Under the pieces are notes generated by a model. That model saw nothing but the letters and a program-made list of their open reading frames with translations. It was not told where the DNA came from and ran no database searches. 64,000 bases of DNA from a virus, in IMG/VR virus record IMGVR_UViG_3300033388_002987, positions 53,955-117,954 of that record. One strand, 5' to 3'. Below, in pieces: positions 19,235-28,484 of this stretch (positions within the stretch are counted from its first letter, which is position 1; each line of letters starts with the position of its first letter). Made by a program: the position numbers and the translations under genes.

Positions 19235-19307
19235 CAGATAAAGCAACAACAGTTGTTTCAACATTAAGTGACTCATATGAAGTTGCTGATACATCTAAGG
19301 AGTCTAA

Positions 19308-20366
19308 GTGAATAACAACATAATAAACATAAAAACTAAGCCAACATCTAACCCACTATTTGGTGGACAAGAAGGTGGTATATTTCTTAGAACAGACAAA
19401 GTTGAATACCCAATATATAAAAGCCTCTATGAGGCTGCCTTTGGTAAGTTCTGGACTGTTAAAATGATTGACTTCTCAGCAGACTCTCTCGGATTCACTA
19501 CACTACCGGAGGTAGCACAACGAATGTTCAAGCTTAATAATGGCTACCAATCTCTAATGGACTCAGGTGTTGTAAACATCTATAATCTATTAGCAATGTC
19601 TACAACCAACCCTGAGCTTGCAATGATATACCAATATATTGCTCAAAACGAATCTATTCACGCCATCAGTTACTCTGAAGGGCTTATAGAAATGTTTGGT
19701 GATAAAGCTACGGAAGTTATAGACATCGTCTATAGCGACCCAGTAATTAAAACACGCTTACAATCCGAGGTGGATTTCGCAGAGCAATTAGACCCTAAAG
19801 ATATGCAAAGCATATTCAAGGTAGTAGTTGCTGCATATTTACTGGAACACGTAAAATTCCCTTTCAGCTTCTTCGTTACATTTAGAATCAACAACGCATA
19901 TAACAATGCCGTTAATGGTTTCTCTATGTTACTTAAAAAGATTGCTGAAGATGAAATGGAAATCCACTATCCTACGAATGCTAACGTCATCAAAGATATG
20001 ATACGCTCTGGTCTTGTAGATAAAAAGTGGGCTCAAGAGTTCATTGCTACAGAAGCTCACAAAGTTCTCCTTGGAGAACTTGAGTGGAATAAGTACCTTC
20101 AACAAGATGGTCCTATACCAGGCTACAACGAGTCAATCGGTGATGCCTTTATACTATATCAATACAACAAAGCTATACGTGATGTTGGTATTGATGTAGA
20201 GCCTGTTCGTCCTAACGATACTATAACTTGGTTTAATCACTACCGTGATATTAGCAACCAAGTTGTTGCTCAGCAGGAAATGAAGGGTAATAGTTACCAA
20301 AAAGGAATCTTAAAGAATGACCTTAATCGTTTTACTAAAGATTTAGCAAAGGATATAAATGTCTAA
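19308..20366 (+). CDS. nrdB: class I ribonucleotide reductase beta subunit
   Basis: Diiron/radical motifs LMDS, NESIHAISY, LEHVKF, DEMEIH; GTG start with AAGGAG. Confidence 0.93.
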   Translation: MNNNIINIKTKPTSNPLFGGQEGGIFLRTDKVEYPIYKSLYEAAFGKFWTVKMIDFSADSLGFTTLPEVAQRMFKLNNGYQSLMDSGVVNIYNLLAMSTTNPELAMIYQYIAQNESIHAISYSEGLIEMFGDKATEVIDIVYSDPVIKTRLQSEVDFAEQLDPKDMQSIFKVVVAAYLLEHVKFPFSFFVTFRINNAYNNAVNGFSMLLKKIAEDEMEIHYPTNANVIKDMIRSGLVDKKWAQEFIATEAHKVLLGELEWNKYLQQDGPIPGYNESIGDAFILYQYNKAIRDVGIDVEPVRPNDTITWFNHYRDISNQVVAQQEMKGNSYQKGILKNDLNRFTKDLAKDINV

Positions 20367-20682
20367 TCATTTTAATAAGCTAACGCCAGCGGAAGCTGAG
20401 CGTTTAGCAATACTTGTAGAAGAATGTGGTGAAGTAATCCACATGTGTGGGAAAATACTACGCCATGGTTATGAGTCCTATAACCCATACGACCCTAGCT
20501 GCACAACTAACAGAACACTTCTAGCTTATGAGTTAGGTGATCTAACCTACCATATTAAAGAAGTACGTGGCATGGATATGTACTCTAATGTGGTAGATGG
20601 CGCTGAGCAAATGCGTAATGAAAAGGTAAAGAAATTCACACACCACCAGGAGTATTCAAATGAAACTACCAACTCTATATAA
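20359..20682 (+). CDS. MazG-like nucleotide pyrophosphohydrolase
   Basis: EECGEV...ELGDL all-alpha NTP-PPase signature. Confidence 0.75.
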   Translation: MSNHFNKLTPAEAERLAILVEECGEVIHMCGKILRHGYESYNPYDPSCTTNRTLLAYELGDLTYHIKEVRGMDMYSNVVDGAEQMRNEKVKKFTHHQEYSNETTNSI

Positions 20683-21748
20683 AATCTCCACAACAGGTGC
20701 TACACAAATCATTGATATGGAAATTATTGATGCTGTGTACACACGTACGTGGGGACAATTAGATGGCAAGATGCAGACTAAAGCAACTACTGCTAAAGGT
20801 AAGAACCTTGGAAAATCCAATGAATCTACACCTGCAGAGCAAGCTATCTTAGAAGCTGAGGCAGTGTGGACTAAAAAGCAAAAGGCTAATTATTCCACAT
20901 CTCAATCAGCGCCTGTAGCAGTAAACCTTCCTATGAAGGTTAAGTCATTACTAGACCAAATCAAGAACGTTGTGTACCCATGTGTAAGTACTCCTAAGCT
21001 TAACGGTGTAAACAGTACTTATCGCTTAGTGAACAACATCCTAACTCTAACAAGTCGTGGTGGTGAAACTTACCATTCAATCCCTCACCTCGAAGACGAG
21101 GTTCGTGAAGCAATGACCCAACTACACTCAACTGAGCTAAATGGTGAACTGTACATCCACGGAGAACATCTCCAAGATATCACATCAGCAGTAAAAAAGC
21201 CTAAGGAGTTATCTAAACGTCTAACGTTTAATATCTTCGACATAGCTGACTCTACTGCTGATTATGAAACTCGTCGTGAACTTATGCTTGATGCAGAGGC
21301 TATACTACTTGAAGATTCTAAAGTTCTATACCTTACTGGCCTAGACTGTGATTCGATGTATGACATCGAAGTGCACTACAACCAATGTATGGAAGCAGGA
21401 CTTGAGGGTACTGTTGTAAAGAACCTTAACGGTCTTTATAAATACAATACTAGAAGTACTGCTCAATTCAAGTACAAGAAAACTCAGGATGCTGAGTTCT
21501 TAGTATGTGGCTATGAGATTGACAAGAATGGACATGCTGTATTTAAGTGTGTAGTAGACTCCTTCACTTTTAAGGTAAAACTTAAAGGTACTAACGAAGA
21601 ACGATTAGCAATGGCAGCTGACGCTGACAACTACATCGGGAAACACTTAAAGGTTGAATACGAGATGCTGTCGAAAGATGGAATCCCGTTAAAACCAGTC
21701 GGTATTATTTTTAGAAAGGTAGACGAGAATGGTGAAGCAATTGAGTAA
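20660..21748 (+). CDS. ATP-dependent DNA ligase
   Basis: Motif I PKLNG, III NGELY, IIIa FDI, IV EGTVVK, V FKYKK, C-terminal OB fold. Confidence 0.9.
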   Translation: MKLPTLYKISTTGATQIIDMEIIDAVYTRTWGQLDGKMQTKATTAKGKNLGKSNESTPAEQAILEAEAVWTKKQKANYSTSQSAPVAVNLPMKVKSLLDQIKNVVYPCVSTPKLNGVNSTYRLVNNILTLTSRGGETYHSIPHLEDEVREAMTQLHSTELNGELYIHGEHLQDITSAVKKPKELSKRLTFNIFDIADSTADYETRRELMLDAEAILLEDSKVLYLTGLDCDSMYDIEVHYNQCMEAGLEGTVVKNLNGLYKYNTRSTAQFKYKKTQDAEFLVCGYEIDKNGHAVFKCVVDSFTFKVKLKGTNEERLAMAADADNYIGKHLKVEYEMLSKDGIPLKPVGIIFRKVDENGEAIE

Positions 21749-22316
21749 TCCAGTACTAATCCTGACAGGCTTCTCCGGAGCCGGTAAGGATACAATAGCA
21801 GAAGCTTTGCGTGCAAAAGGTTACCACTCAGTCATACCTCACTCAACACGCCCTATGCGTGATGGTGAGTGTGAAGGTAATCCTTACAACTTTATAACAC
21901 ACGATAAGTTTTATTCTATGATAGACAGTAACCAATTCGCTGAACATAATAACTACACTACCATGTTCAATGGTGTCTCAGAACAACAGTACTATGGTAC
22001 ATCATACACAGCCTTAGAGGCGTTCAGTAACACTGTACTCACATGTGGTGTGCAGAGTTCTATCGCCTTGAAAGATAACCTTGAAGGTAGTGCTACACTA
22101 GTCTTTATAACAGTACCTGATGACGTGCGTGAAGAACGTGCACGTGTGAGAGGCTCATTCGACAAGGTTGAATGGGACAATCGTATGACACAAGACCGTG
22201 CCTTCCGAAAACAAACTAATATAGATGAGCTATCAGATATACAGGTTTCAAACGTTGGCATAATCGACGAGGTAGTTACAGCTATCTTAAAACAACTACC
22301 TAACAAAGGAAACTAA
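21729..22316 (+). CDS. gmk: guanylate kinase-like NMP kinase
   Basis: GFSGAGKDT P-loop, HSTRPMRDGECEGNPYNF and YYGT. Confidence 0.82.
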   Translation: MVKQLSNPVLILTGFSGAGKDTIAEALRAKGYHSVIPHSTRPMRDGECEGNPYNFITHDKFYSMIDSNQFAEHNNYTTMFNGVSEQQYYGTSYTALEAFSNTVLTCGVQSSIALKDNLEGSATLVFITVPDDVREERARVRGSFDKVEWDNRMTQDRAFRKQTNIDELSDIQVSNVGIIDEVVTAILKQLPNKGN

Positions 22317-22928
22317 ATGGAAGAAATAATGATGCCAATGGCTGGACCAGCTAAGCACTCAGTTTGGGACAATTATGTTCCTATACTACAAAGAGATAGG
22401 CACACTGATGTGTACCTATCTGACACTATAGAAGGACCACAAGAGTACAATCACTTATGTCACATCTTATACTCAGCGCACAAAGGTGATACAATCGCCT
22501 TACACATCAACAATGGTGGTGGCTATGTAGATGCTGGCTTCATGATAATTGATGCTATCAAAGCCTCTAAAGCAGTCGTCACAGCTAAACTAACAGGTAC
22601 TGTTGGCTCAATATCTACTATGATCACACTAGCGTGTGATGAGCTTGAGATGGCTGACAACACTGGTTGGTTATCACATAACTACTCCGGTGGAGTACAA
22701 GGTAAAGGTGGAGAAATGAAAGCCCAAATGGAATTCATGGCAGCAGAACTTGCAGCTACCTTTACTAGTATACACACAGGATTCTTCACAGACGACGAAA
22801 TCAGCAACATCATCGACGATAAAGACATGTGGATGAATAAAACTGAAGTAGTCGGTCGCTGGAATGCTCGTAAGAAAAAGGACCTAAAAGCTCTAAAAGA
22901 GATTGAGGCTACCAGGAAGGCTAAATAA
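22317..22928 (+). CDS. clpP: ClpP-like serine protease
   Basis: INNGGG; candidate catalytic triad Ser (VGSIST), His (LSHNY), Asp (DKDMW). Confidence 0.82.
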   Translation: MEEIMMPMAGPAKHSVWDNYVPILQRDRHTDVYLSDTIEGPQEYNHLCHILYSAHKGDTIALHINNGGGYVDAGFMIIDAIKASKAVVTAKLTGTVGSISTMITLACDELEMADNTGWLSHNYSGGVQGKGGEMKAQMEFMAAELAATFTSIHTGFFTDDEISNIIDDKDMWMNKTEVVGRWNARKKKDLKALKEIEATRKAK

Positions 22929-23155
22929 TGTTTGATAATACGGAATATGTATTTCCTCCAAAAAGGTATATTGACCCTTCAGACCTTGTAAAGGATCTTG
23001 ATACCAGTGCACAAAACTGGGCAAGAGCCTTTATGGGTACTATAGCAAGAGGTCATTTCACTCGTAATGACATAGACGAAGGTCTTATGATAAGTTGGTT
23101 TGCCAGTGCTATTGAAACTACAAAAGATGCTGTGCATAGCGAGAGGACTAAATAG
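22928..23155 (+). CDS. hypothetical protein (75 aa)
   Basis: TAATG-coupled. Confidence 0.6.
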   Translation: MFDNTEYVFPPKRYIDPSDLVKDLDTSAQNWARAFMGTIARGHFTRNDIDEGLMISWFASAIETTKDAVHSERTK

Positions 23156-24532
23156 ATGCAATACCTATGTCTTGATACTAACATTCCACTATTAGATGCT
23201 AATCACATACTAGAACTAGGCTCTCAGCCAGATACTATAATAGTACTTCCTGAAACGGTCCTAGATGAGCTAGACGCTAAGAAGTCTGGCCTAGGTGAAC
23301 TTGCCTACCAGGCACGTTCCTTTGGCCGTATGATTGCTAGTTGTGAGCATCCTGAGCGTGCTAAGCACGACAACATGATAATATCTAAATTCAAGCATAA
23401 TAATGTATCCATATGGATTGTTTCCCTAGATAAATATCCTGATTTCAAAGATGTGGCTTCTAACGTCCTCAACGATAGAAAGATAATAGAAGTAGCTTTG
23501 CAATTTGCTGGGCACTATCAACCTGTTACCTTTGTATCAAATGATGTAATGTGCCGTATACGTGCTGACTCTCTAGGTCTTAAAGTAACTGATTTCAAAG
23601 TAGTCGACAAGGTCGATTACGAGTTCACTAAAACCCTAGAAGTCTCCGAAGGAACCTTTAGAACCCTTCATAATAGAAGCATCTTAGAAGTAGACCCTCA
23701 GCATTTGATAGAACATTACAACTACAAGTTTACTACGCCTGCCTCCGCGCAAGTAAAACTTGCTTCGATTAATAACGATACAATAAACATCTTAGGAAAA
23801 GATTCAGAACAAGAGCTTCGTCGTCAAGACGTTAATCCCTCTAATGCTGATCAATTATTGTTGTCTCGTGCTATTCAAGATCCCACTATGGATATGATTG
23901 TATGTGAAGCCAAAGCCGGGTCAGGTAAAACTCTAGTAAGTATCTCTAATGCAATACGCCTTGTAAAGACTAATACTCCTTATAAATCAATTGTGTACGT
24001 TAGAGTATCAGTTAACGATGTTGAAAAGATCGAGGAAGTAGGATTTCTACCTGGTACAGCTGATGAGAAGAATGCTGTCTATTTCCATCCTTTATATGAC
24101 TCCTTAGACTATATTGCTCGCAGTAAGTTCAAAGGCAAGTCTATGAAGTCTAAAGACTTAGACGCTAAGGTTGAAGAAGAAGTTGCAAAGCTTATTGAAG
24201 ACTGTAGCATCTCAGCAATGACTGGTTTAGGTATGCGTGGACGAACGTTCAACGACACTGTTTTCATCTTTGATGAAATAGGTAATGCCTCTAAACCATC
24301 ACTTCAAAAAATCCTTACACGTATTGGTAAAAACTGTAAAGCTATTATCATTGGGTCTAACAACCAAATAGATAATCCTAATATGACTAAGTTCACCAAT
24401 GGGCTTAGCGTAATACTAAATGACTGTGCAACTCAAACTGGTGGTATCAACAAACATGTTGTGCCATTAGAAAGAGTAGTAAGGTCGGACTTCGCAGAGT
24501 ATGCGGAGAATCTATTTAGTAAGGAGGTCTAA
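23156..24532 (+). CDS. phoH: PIN-PhoH protein
   Basis: PIN motif LDTN...ELD...NDRKI; Walker A AKAGSGKT, RGRTF, FDEIGN, GSNNQID. Confidence 0.92.
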   Translation: MQYLCLDTNIPLLDANHILELGSQPDTIIVLPETVLDELDAKKSGLGELAYQARSFGRMIASCEHPERAKHDNMIISKFKHNNVSIWIVSLDKYPDFKDVASNVLNDRKIIEVALQFAGHYQPVTFVSNDVMCRIRADSLGLKVTDFKVVDKVDYEFTKTLEVSEGTFRTLHNRSILEVDPQHLIEHYNYKFTTPASAQVKLASINNDTINILGKDSEQELRRQDVNPSNADQLLLSRAIQDPTMDMIVCEAKAGSGKTLVSISNAIRLVKTNTPYKSIVYVRVSVNDVEKIEEVGFLPGTADEKNAVYFHPLYDSLDYIARSKFKGKSMKSKDLDAKVEEEVAKLIEDCSISAMTGLGMRGRTFNDTVFIFDEIGNASKPSLQKILTRIGKNCKAIIIGSNNQIDNPNMTKFTNGLSVILNDCATQTGGINKHVVPLERVVRSDFAEYAENLFSKEV

Positions 24533-24849
24533 TGGGAGTACTAGTAATAGCACTAGGCTTTGCCGTGCTATTTCAATTCATTATTCTACGCATCAAGTGG
24601 AATAAGGGGCACTACGCAGACGTAGGTGTTGATATACTAATGCTTGCTATCTTAAATAGTGTCTTTGGTGGGTCCATACTAGGGGTTATAAGTGCTACAG
24701 CTGGATCAACGCTGATAAGCCTTTACCTAATATGGTATCCTATAAAGCTTTTCGACGATAGTCGTAAACAACAGGATGGTAGTAGTTCACCTCCTTCACA
24801 AACTCAAGCTCAGTCAATGGCTGATAAGTTTGATAGTTTGTTCAATTAA
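24532..24849 (+). CDS. putative membrane protein
   Basis: Two to three hydrophobic segments; AAGGAGG RBS. Confidence 0.65.
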   Translation: MGVLVIALGFAVLFQFIILRIKWNKGHYADVGVDILMLAILNSVFGGSILGVISATAGSTLISLYLIWYPIKLFDDSRKQQDGSSSPPSQTQAQSMADKFDSLFN

Positions 24850-24864
24850 ATCAAAGGAATGCAT

Positions 24865-25152
24865 ATGGCATTTAAAGAATACAGAAGTGACGACGTAGCA
24901 GCTTACGTAGATGCCTCAGTTTCCAGTTTACTGGAAATGTTAGAGGCTGCACTAGCTGACGATAAGCCTTCAGAAAATGTAGAGGAAACTCCTACAGTAG
25001 ACCCAACATCTGATACATTAGGAAATAAGGCTAGGACACTTGTACATAAAACACTAGACCAGCTACTTTCTGGTGATATAGTCCTGGAAAACGCACAAGA
25101 ATTAATCGCTACTATACAAGCTGTACGTGATGTACAAACAGTAGGCAACTAA
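24865..25152 (+). CDS. hypothetical protein
   Basis: ATG at 24865 is properly spaced from AAAGGA (track start 24859 overlaps the RBS). Confidence 0.6.
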   Translation: MAFKEYRSDDVAAYVDASVSSLLEMLEAALADDKPSENVEETPTVDPTSDTLGNKARTLVHKTLDQLLSGDIVLENAQELIATIQAVRDVQTVGN

Positions 25153-25625
25153 TGTCTACTTTAATAGAAGACATACACACCTTCAACGAGAAAGCAGACT
25201 TATTAGGTAAAGGAATGGATTCCTTCATGGAAACAGCCTTTATCTTAGAAGAAGCAGTGGAAGGCTATGAAGACGTATTTAATATGCCTGAAGACCCTAA
25301 AGCTCCTGTAGTAACAGCTCGCTCATGGGCCCTAGGCTTCCTTAACCAAGTTAAAGAAGCTAAAGAGTCTCGTGGGTTACCAATGCCGGCCGAAGTTGAC
25401 GAAGTCGACAAGGCAATAGATGGCGTTGTTTTCAACATAGGTAAACTAGCTAAGATGGACTTATCAGTAGACCAAATTGAACGTATGTTCAAAGTGGTCT
25501 CAGGATGTAACATGGCTAAACTAGATGGCCCTAAGGATGAGCATGGTAAACAGCTTAAACCAGAGGGTTGGACAGGCCCTGAACCAGAACTTCAAAAGAT
25601 TCTGGATGAACGTAAGGACACATAA
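25152..25625 (+). CDS. MazG/PRA-PH-like NTP pyrophosphohydrolase (dUTPase-like)
   Basis: LEEAVE, DEVDKAID, NMAK...GKQLKPEGW motif set. Confidence 0.75.
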   Translation: MSTLIEDIHTFNEKADLLGKGMDSFMETAFILEEAVEGYEDVFNMPEDPKAPVVTARSWALGFLNQVKEAKESRGLPMPAEVDEVDKAIDGVVFNIGKLAKMDLSVDQIERMFKVVSGCNMAKLDGPKDEHGKQLKPEGWTGPEPELQKILDERKDT

Positions 25626-25822
25626 TGGCACCAGCCGATACAATAATAGACGACCCCATCCTAAACGAGGAGTCTCAACCAGCTGATGCAGAACTAGCTA
25701 GAGGTCTTAAACTAACCTCCCAGGCTATGATGCGTAAGAAGGCGGAAGCAAGTGAAAAAGCATTAAAAGGCTTATACGTAGACTGGGCTTTCGATAAGCT
25801 TAATCTAACTGAATATCGTTAG
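25625..25822 (+). CDS. hypothetical protein (65 aa)
   Basis: TAATG-coupled, AAGGA RBS. Confidence 0.6.
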   Translation: MAPADTIIDDPILNEESQPADAELARGLKLTSQAMMRKKAEASEKALKGLYVDWAFDKLNLTEYR

Positions 25823-25826
25823 GTAT

Positions 25827-25851
25827 ATAGGACTCTCATAGAGGGTCTTAT
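25827..25851 (+). terminator. stem-loop, probable intrinsic terminator
   Basis: ATAGGACTCTC-ATA-GAGGGTCTTAT, an 11-bp stem with G-U pairs immediately after a stop codon. Confidence 0.55.
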
Positions 25852-25951
25852 TATACTTGACATAAACCTTAAGGTACGAAACTATGACTATATGTTAAGG
25901 TACTACTAAGTTACTTCCATTATAATAAGGCTTCATTCAAAGGAAGGTATT

Positions 25952-26722
25952 ATGCCAAAACTAAAAACCACAGAAGAGTTCATAGCAGATGCTATAAAAG
26001 TTCACGGAATTACCTATGACTACAGTAATGTATCTTATAGTAATTCTCATACGAAGGTTGACATTATATGTAGCATACATGGTGTATTCAGTATGAAACC
26101 GTGTAACCACACTACCTCAAAGCAAGGGTGTGCTAAGTGTGCTGGTAACATACAGCTAACTACTACTGAGTTTATTGAGAAGGCAGTTGCTGTGCACGGT
26201 AACAAGTACAGTTATGACAAAGTAGAGTATACTACTTCACATAACACAGTGACTATAGAATGTAACGTGCATGGTGATTTTGAGCAGCAAGCGTATGTAC
26301 ATTTACAAGGGCATGGCTGTCACCCGTGTGGTTCTAAAGAAGCAGGTTTAAAAAATCAATATAACCCTGATATATGGACATATAGAGGGTGGGACGAGGC
26401 TGGTAGAAGTTCTAAAAACTTTACTGGGTACTCTATGTATATACTGAGATGTATTGGTAAGGATGAAGAATTTTTTAAAATTGGGAAAACATTTATGCCT
26501 TTAAATAGGCGCTTTTCTGGTCCCACTGCACTGCCTTACACGTGGAGTAGCCTACACAGTATTACAGGTGACTCCTTGTACATAAGTACACTAGAGGAGT
26601 ACCTCCACCGAGAGTTACGCAATTTCAAGTATGTACCTGCAAAACCATTTAACGGATGTAAAGAGTGTTACAATGCAGACATACTTGATAACTACATAAA
26701 ATTAATTGATAAATTTAAATAA
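25952..26722 (+). CDS. putative homing endonuclease: two DUF723-like Zn-binding repeats plus GIY-YIG/T5orf172-like C-terminus
   Basis: Two repeats of TTxEFIxxAxxVHGxxYxY...ICxxHGxF...GCxxC; YILR...FKIGKT...RRF. Confidence 0.75.
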   Translation: MPKLKTTEEFIADAIKVHGITYDYSNVSYSNSHTKVDIICSIHGVFSMKPCNHTTSKQGCAKCAGNIQLTTTEFIEKAVAVHGNKYSYDKVEYTTSHNTVTIECNVHGDFEQQAYVHLQGHGCHPCGSKEAGLKNQYNPDIWTYRGWDEAGRSSKNFTGYSMYILRCIGKDEEFFKIGKTFMPLNRRFSGPTALPYTWSSLHSITGDSLYISTLEEYLHRELRNFKYVPAKPFNGCKECYNADILDNYIKLIDKFK

Positions 26723-26731
26723 GGAACCTAT

Positions 26732-28195
26732 ATGGGGTTAACACCACAACAACAGGAAGCAGTTGACGCTGTATGTAAGGAGGGCCCGCAGCTAGTTAAG
26801 ATTAAGGCAGTGGCTGGGTCAGGTAAGACACACACATTAATTGAAATAGCTAAAACGCTGGATCCTACTTCTGGATTATATTTGGCATATAATCGTGCAA
26901 TCAGCGAGGAAGCCGCTCAAAAGTTCAAAGGTACTAAAATCAAGTGCTCAACAATACACTCCCTCGCCTACGGCTCAGTCGTACGCCAGTACGGCCTTAA
27001 AGTAGGCTTCTTTGGTGTACGTAACGTGCAACCAGCTACTGAGAGTTATCCAGTACGTAAAAAGGTCGTAGACCTTTTAGAAGTCTTTTTCCTATCAGAG
27101 TATACTGATATTGTACAGTTCTTTACTGACAAAGGTACACCTACTCATATTCAAGATGTATGTATAGAAAACTTAAACCTAATGACTACTGGTAAGATAT
27201 CATGTAGTCATAGCTTCTACCTTAAACTATTTCATATTTATATGGCAACTGGTGAGATAGAAACACCTGAAGTAGACTTACTTCTAGTAGACGAAGCAGG
27301 GGATATCACACCACTTACTTTAGATATCTTTAGACTTATTAAAGCTCCTAAAAAGGTTGCTGTTGGTGATCCTATGCAAAATATCTACAGCTTTAATAAT
27401 ACTATTAATGCCTTTACAGAACTTCAAGGTGAAGGTGTTGAGATTGAGTTAACTGAATCATTCAGGGTATCTCACTTAATAGCATCTAGAGTTGGGGAAT
27501 TTGTTTGTAAGCACTTAGATTCTGACTTTCACTTTACTGGTCGTATATATCACCCACAAGCAGTGGCTGATACTAAGGCTTATATTGCTAGAAATAACTC
27601 TGGGCTACTTGAAGAGATGCTCAGACTAAAGCATGAAGATATTCCCTTTCATACAACTAGACGTATTGATACTATTCTAGAGTTGCCAATTATCTTAGCT
27701 AACCTTGGTAGTGGTAATCCTATTGAAGGTTACCAATATAAACACCTTGAAAAGTTACGTAGTGACTGGGAAAAGACTCCAATGCTACAAACTGTACATA
27801 GTACTGTGGGAAAATACGTACTTGCATCGTCTAAGGATGATGACGATATTATGCGTGCCTTTAATGTAGTAATGCGTTATGGCCCTGGAGAGTTAAATAG
27901 ACTAGTTAAGTATGCTAAGGACTGTGCTAAAAAAGAATGTTCTCTAACACTTACCACAGCTCACTCTTCTAAAGGCCTTGAGTTTGGTGAAGTTGAGATT
28001 GCACCAGATCTTAATGAAAAGGTAGCTGACTCTTTATATAAAATTACGTTTGAATATAAGCACTACAATGCTGTTACATCTGACGCTAAAATAGCTGAGC
28101 TTAAAGAAGAGCTGCGTTTAGGGTATGTTGCAGCAACTAGAGCCATGATAACGCTTACTAATGCTACTTTTCTACCTCAGGGAATAATTTCTTAA
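26732..28195 (+). CDS. SF1 UvrD/Rep-like helicase
   Basis: AVAGSGKT, VDEAGD, VGDPMQNIY, LTESFR, TAHSSKGLEF, YVAATRA. Confidence 0.92.
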   Translation: MGLTPQQQEAVDAVCKEGPQLVKIKAVAGSGKTHTLIEIAKTLDPTSGLYLAYNRAISEEAAQKFKGTKIKCSTIHSLAYGSVVRQYGLKVGFFGVRNVQPATESYPVRKKVVDLLEVFFLSEYTDIVQFFTDKGTPTHIQDVCIENLNLMTTGKISCSHSFYLKLFHIYMATGEIETPEVDLLLVDEAGDITPLTLDIFRLIKAPKKVAVGDPMQNIYSFNNTINAFTELQGEGVEIELTESFRVSHLIASRVGEFVCKHLDSDFHFTGRIYHPQAVADTKAYIARNNSGLLEEMLRLKHEDIPFHTTRRIDTILELPIILANLGSGNPIEGYQYKHLEKLRSDWEKTPMLQTVHSTVGKYVLASSKDDDDIMRAFNVVMRYGPGELNRLVKYAKDCAKKECSLTLTTAHSSKGLEFGEVEIAPDLNEKVADSLYKITFEYKHYNAVTSDAKIAELKEELRLGYVAATRAMITLTNATFLPQGIIS

Positions 28196-28206
28196 TAGGT
28201 TCGGTA

Positions 28207-28463
28207 TGTGAATAGCTCTAATTAATGTGAATAAGATGTGAATAACTTTAACTTAAAGGATTATCATGATGCCTGATAACTACGAATTATGTAGAATTAT
28301 AGAAGACCTCCAAACCATATTTACGTTCGAAGAGATTATAAGTATGATTAACGAAAGTGCAGTTGCTTAATTTTTATACAACTGACTGCCTAATTTTTAT
28401 ACAACTAATTGGTGTAGTATTTGCACAACTTAATGTGAATAACCACCATACCGATGTGAATAA
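28207..28463. promoter_or_regulatory. cluster of DnaA-box-like 9-mers
   Basis: TGTGAATAA (= TTATTCACA on the - strand) at 28226, 28237, 28434 and 28455; 8/9 matches to TTWTNCACA at 28207, 28372, 28395 and 28419. Confidence 0.7.
28266..28370 (+). CDS. 34-aa peptide between the two DnaA-box clusters, not in ORF track
   Basis: AAAGGA RBS 5 nt before ATG; MMPDNYELCRIIEDLQTIFTFEEIISMINESAVA. Confidence 0.5.
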   Translation: MMPDNYELCRIIEDLQTIFTFEEIISMINESAVA

Positions 28464-28484
28464 CTGTTCAATAAACAGGCAGTA

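Noticed and set aside
19940-19975. NrdB second iron motif DEMEIH has one extra residue versus DExxH
   Set aside because: I recall similar spacing in other phage and bacterial NrdB subgroups, and the other ligands and the radical Tyr are intact; not treated as novel
2513-25513. - strand ORFs in the left arm (e.g. 2513, 7983, 8532, 21992, 24903, 25265)
   Set aside because: Antisense shadows inside clear + strand genes
25857-25890. Perfect TTGACA hexamer
   Set aside because: No acceptable -10 at 16-18 nt spacing; not called as a promoter
28206-28463. Possible CRISPR or mini-array from the ATGTGAATA repeats
   Set aside because: Repeats are only 9-16 nt with irregular spacing and no cas genes; better explained as protein-binding boxes
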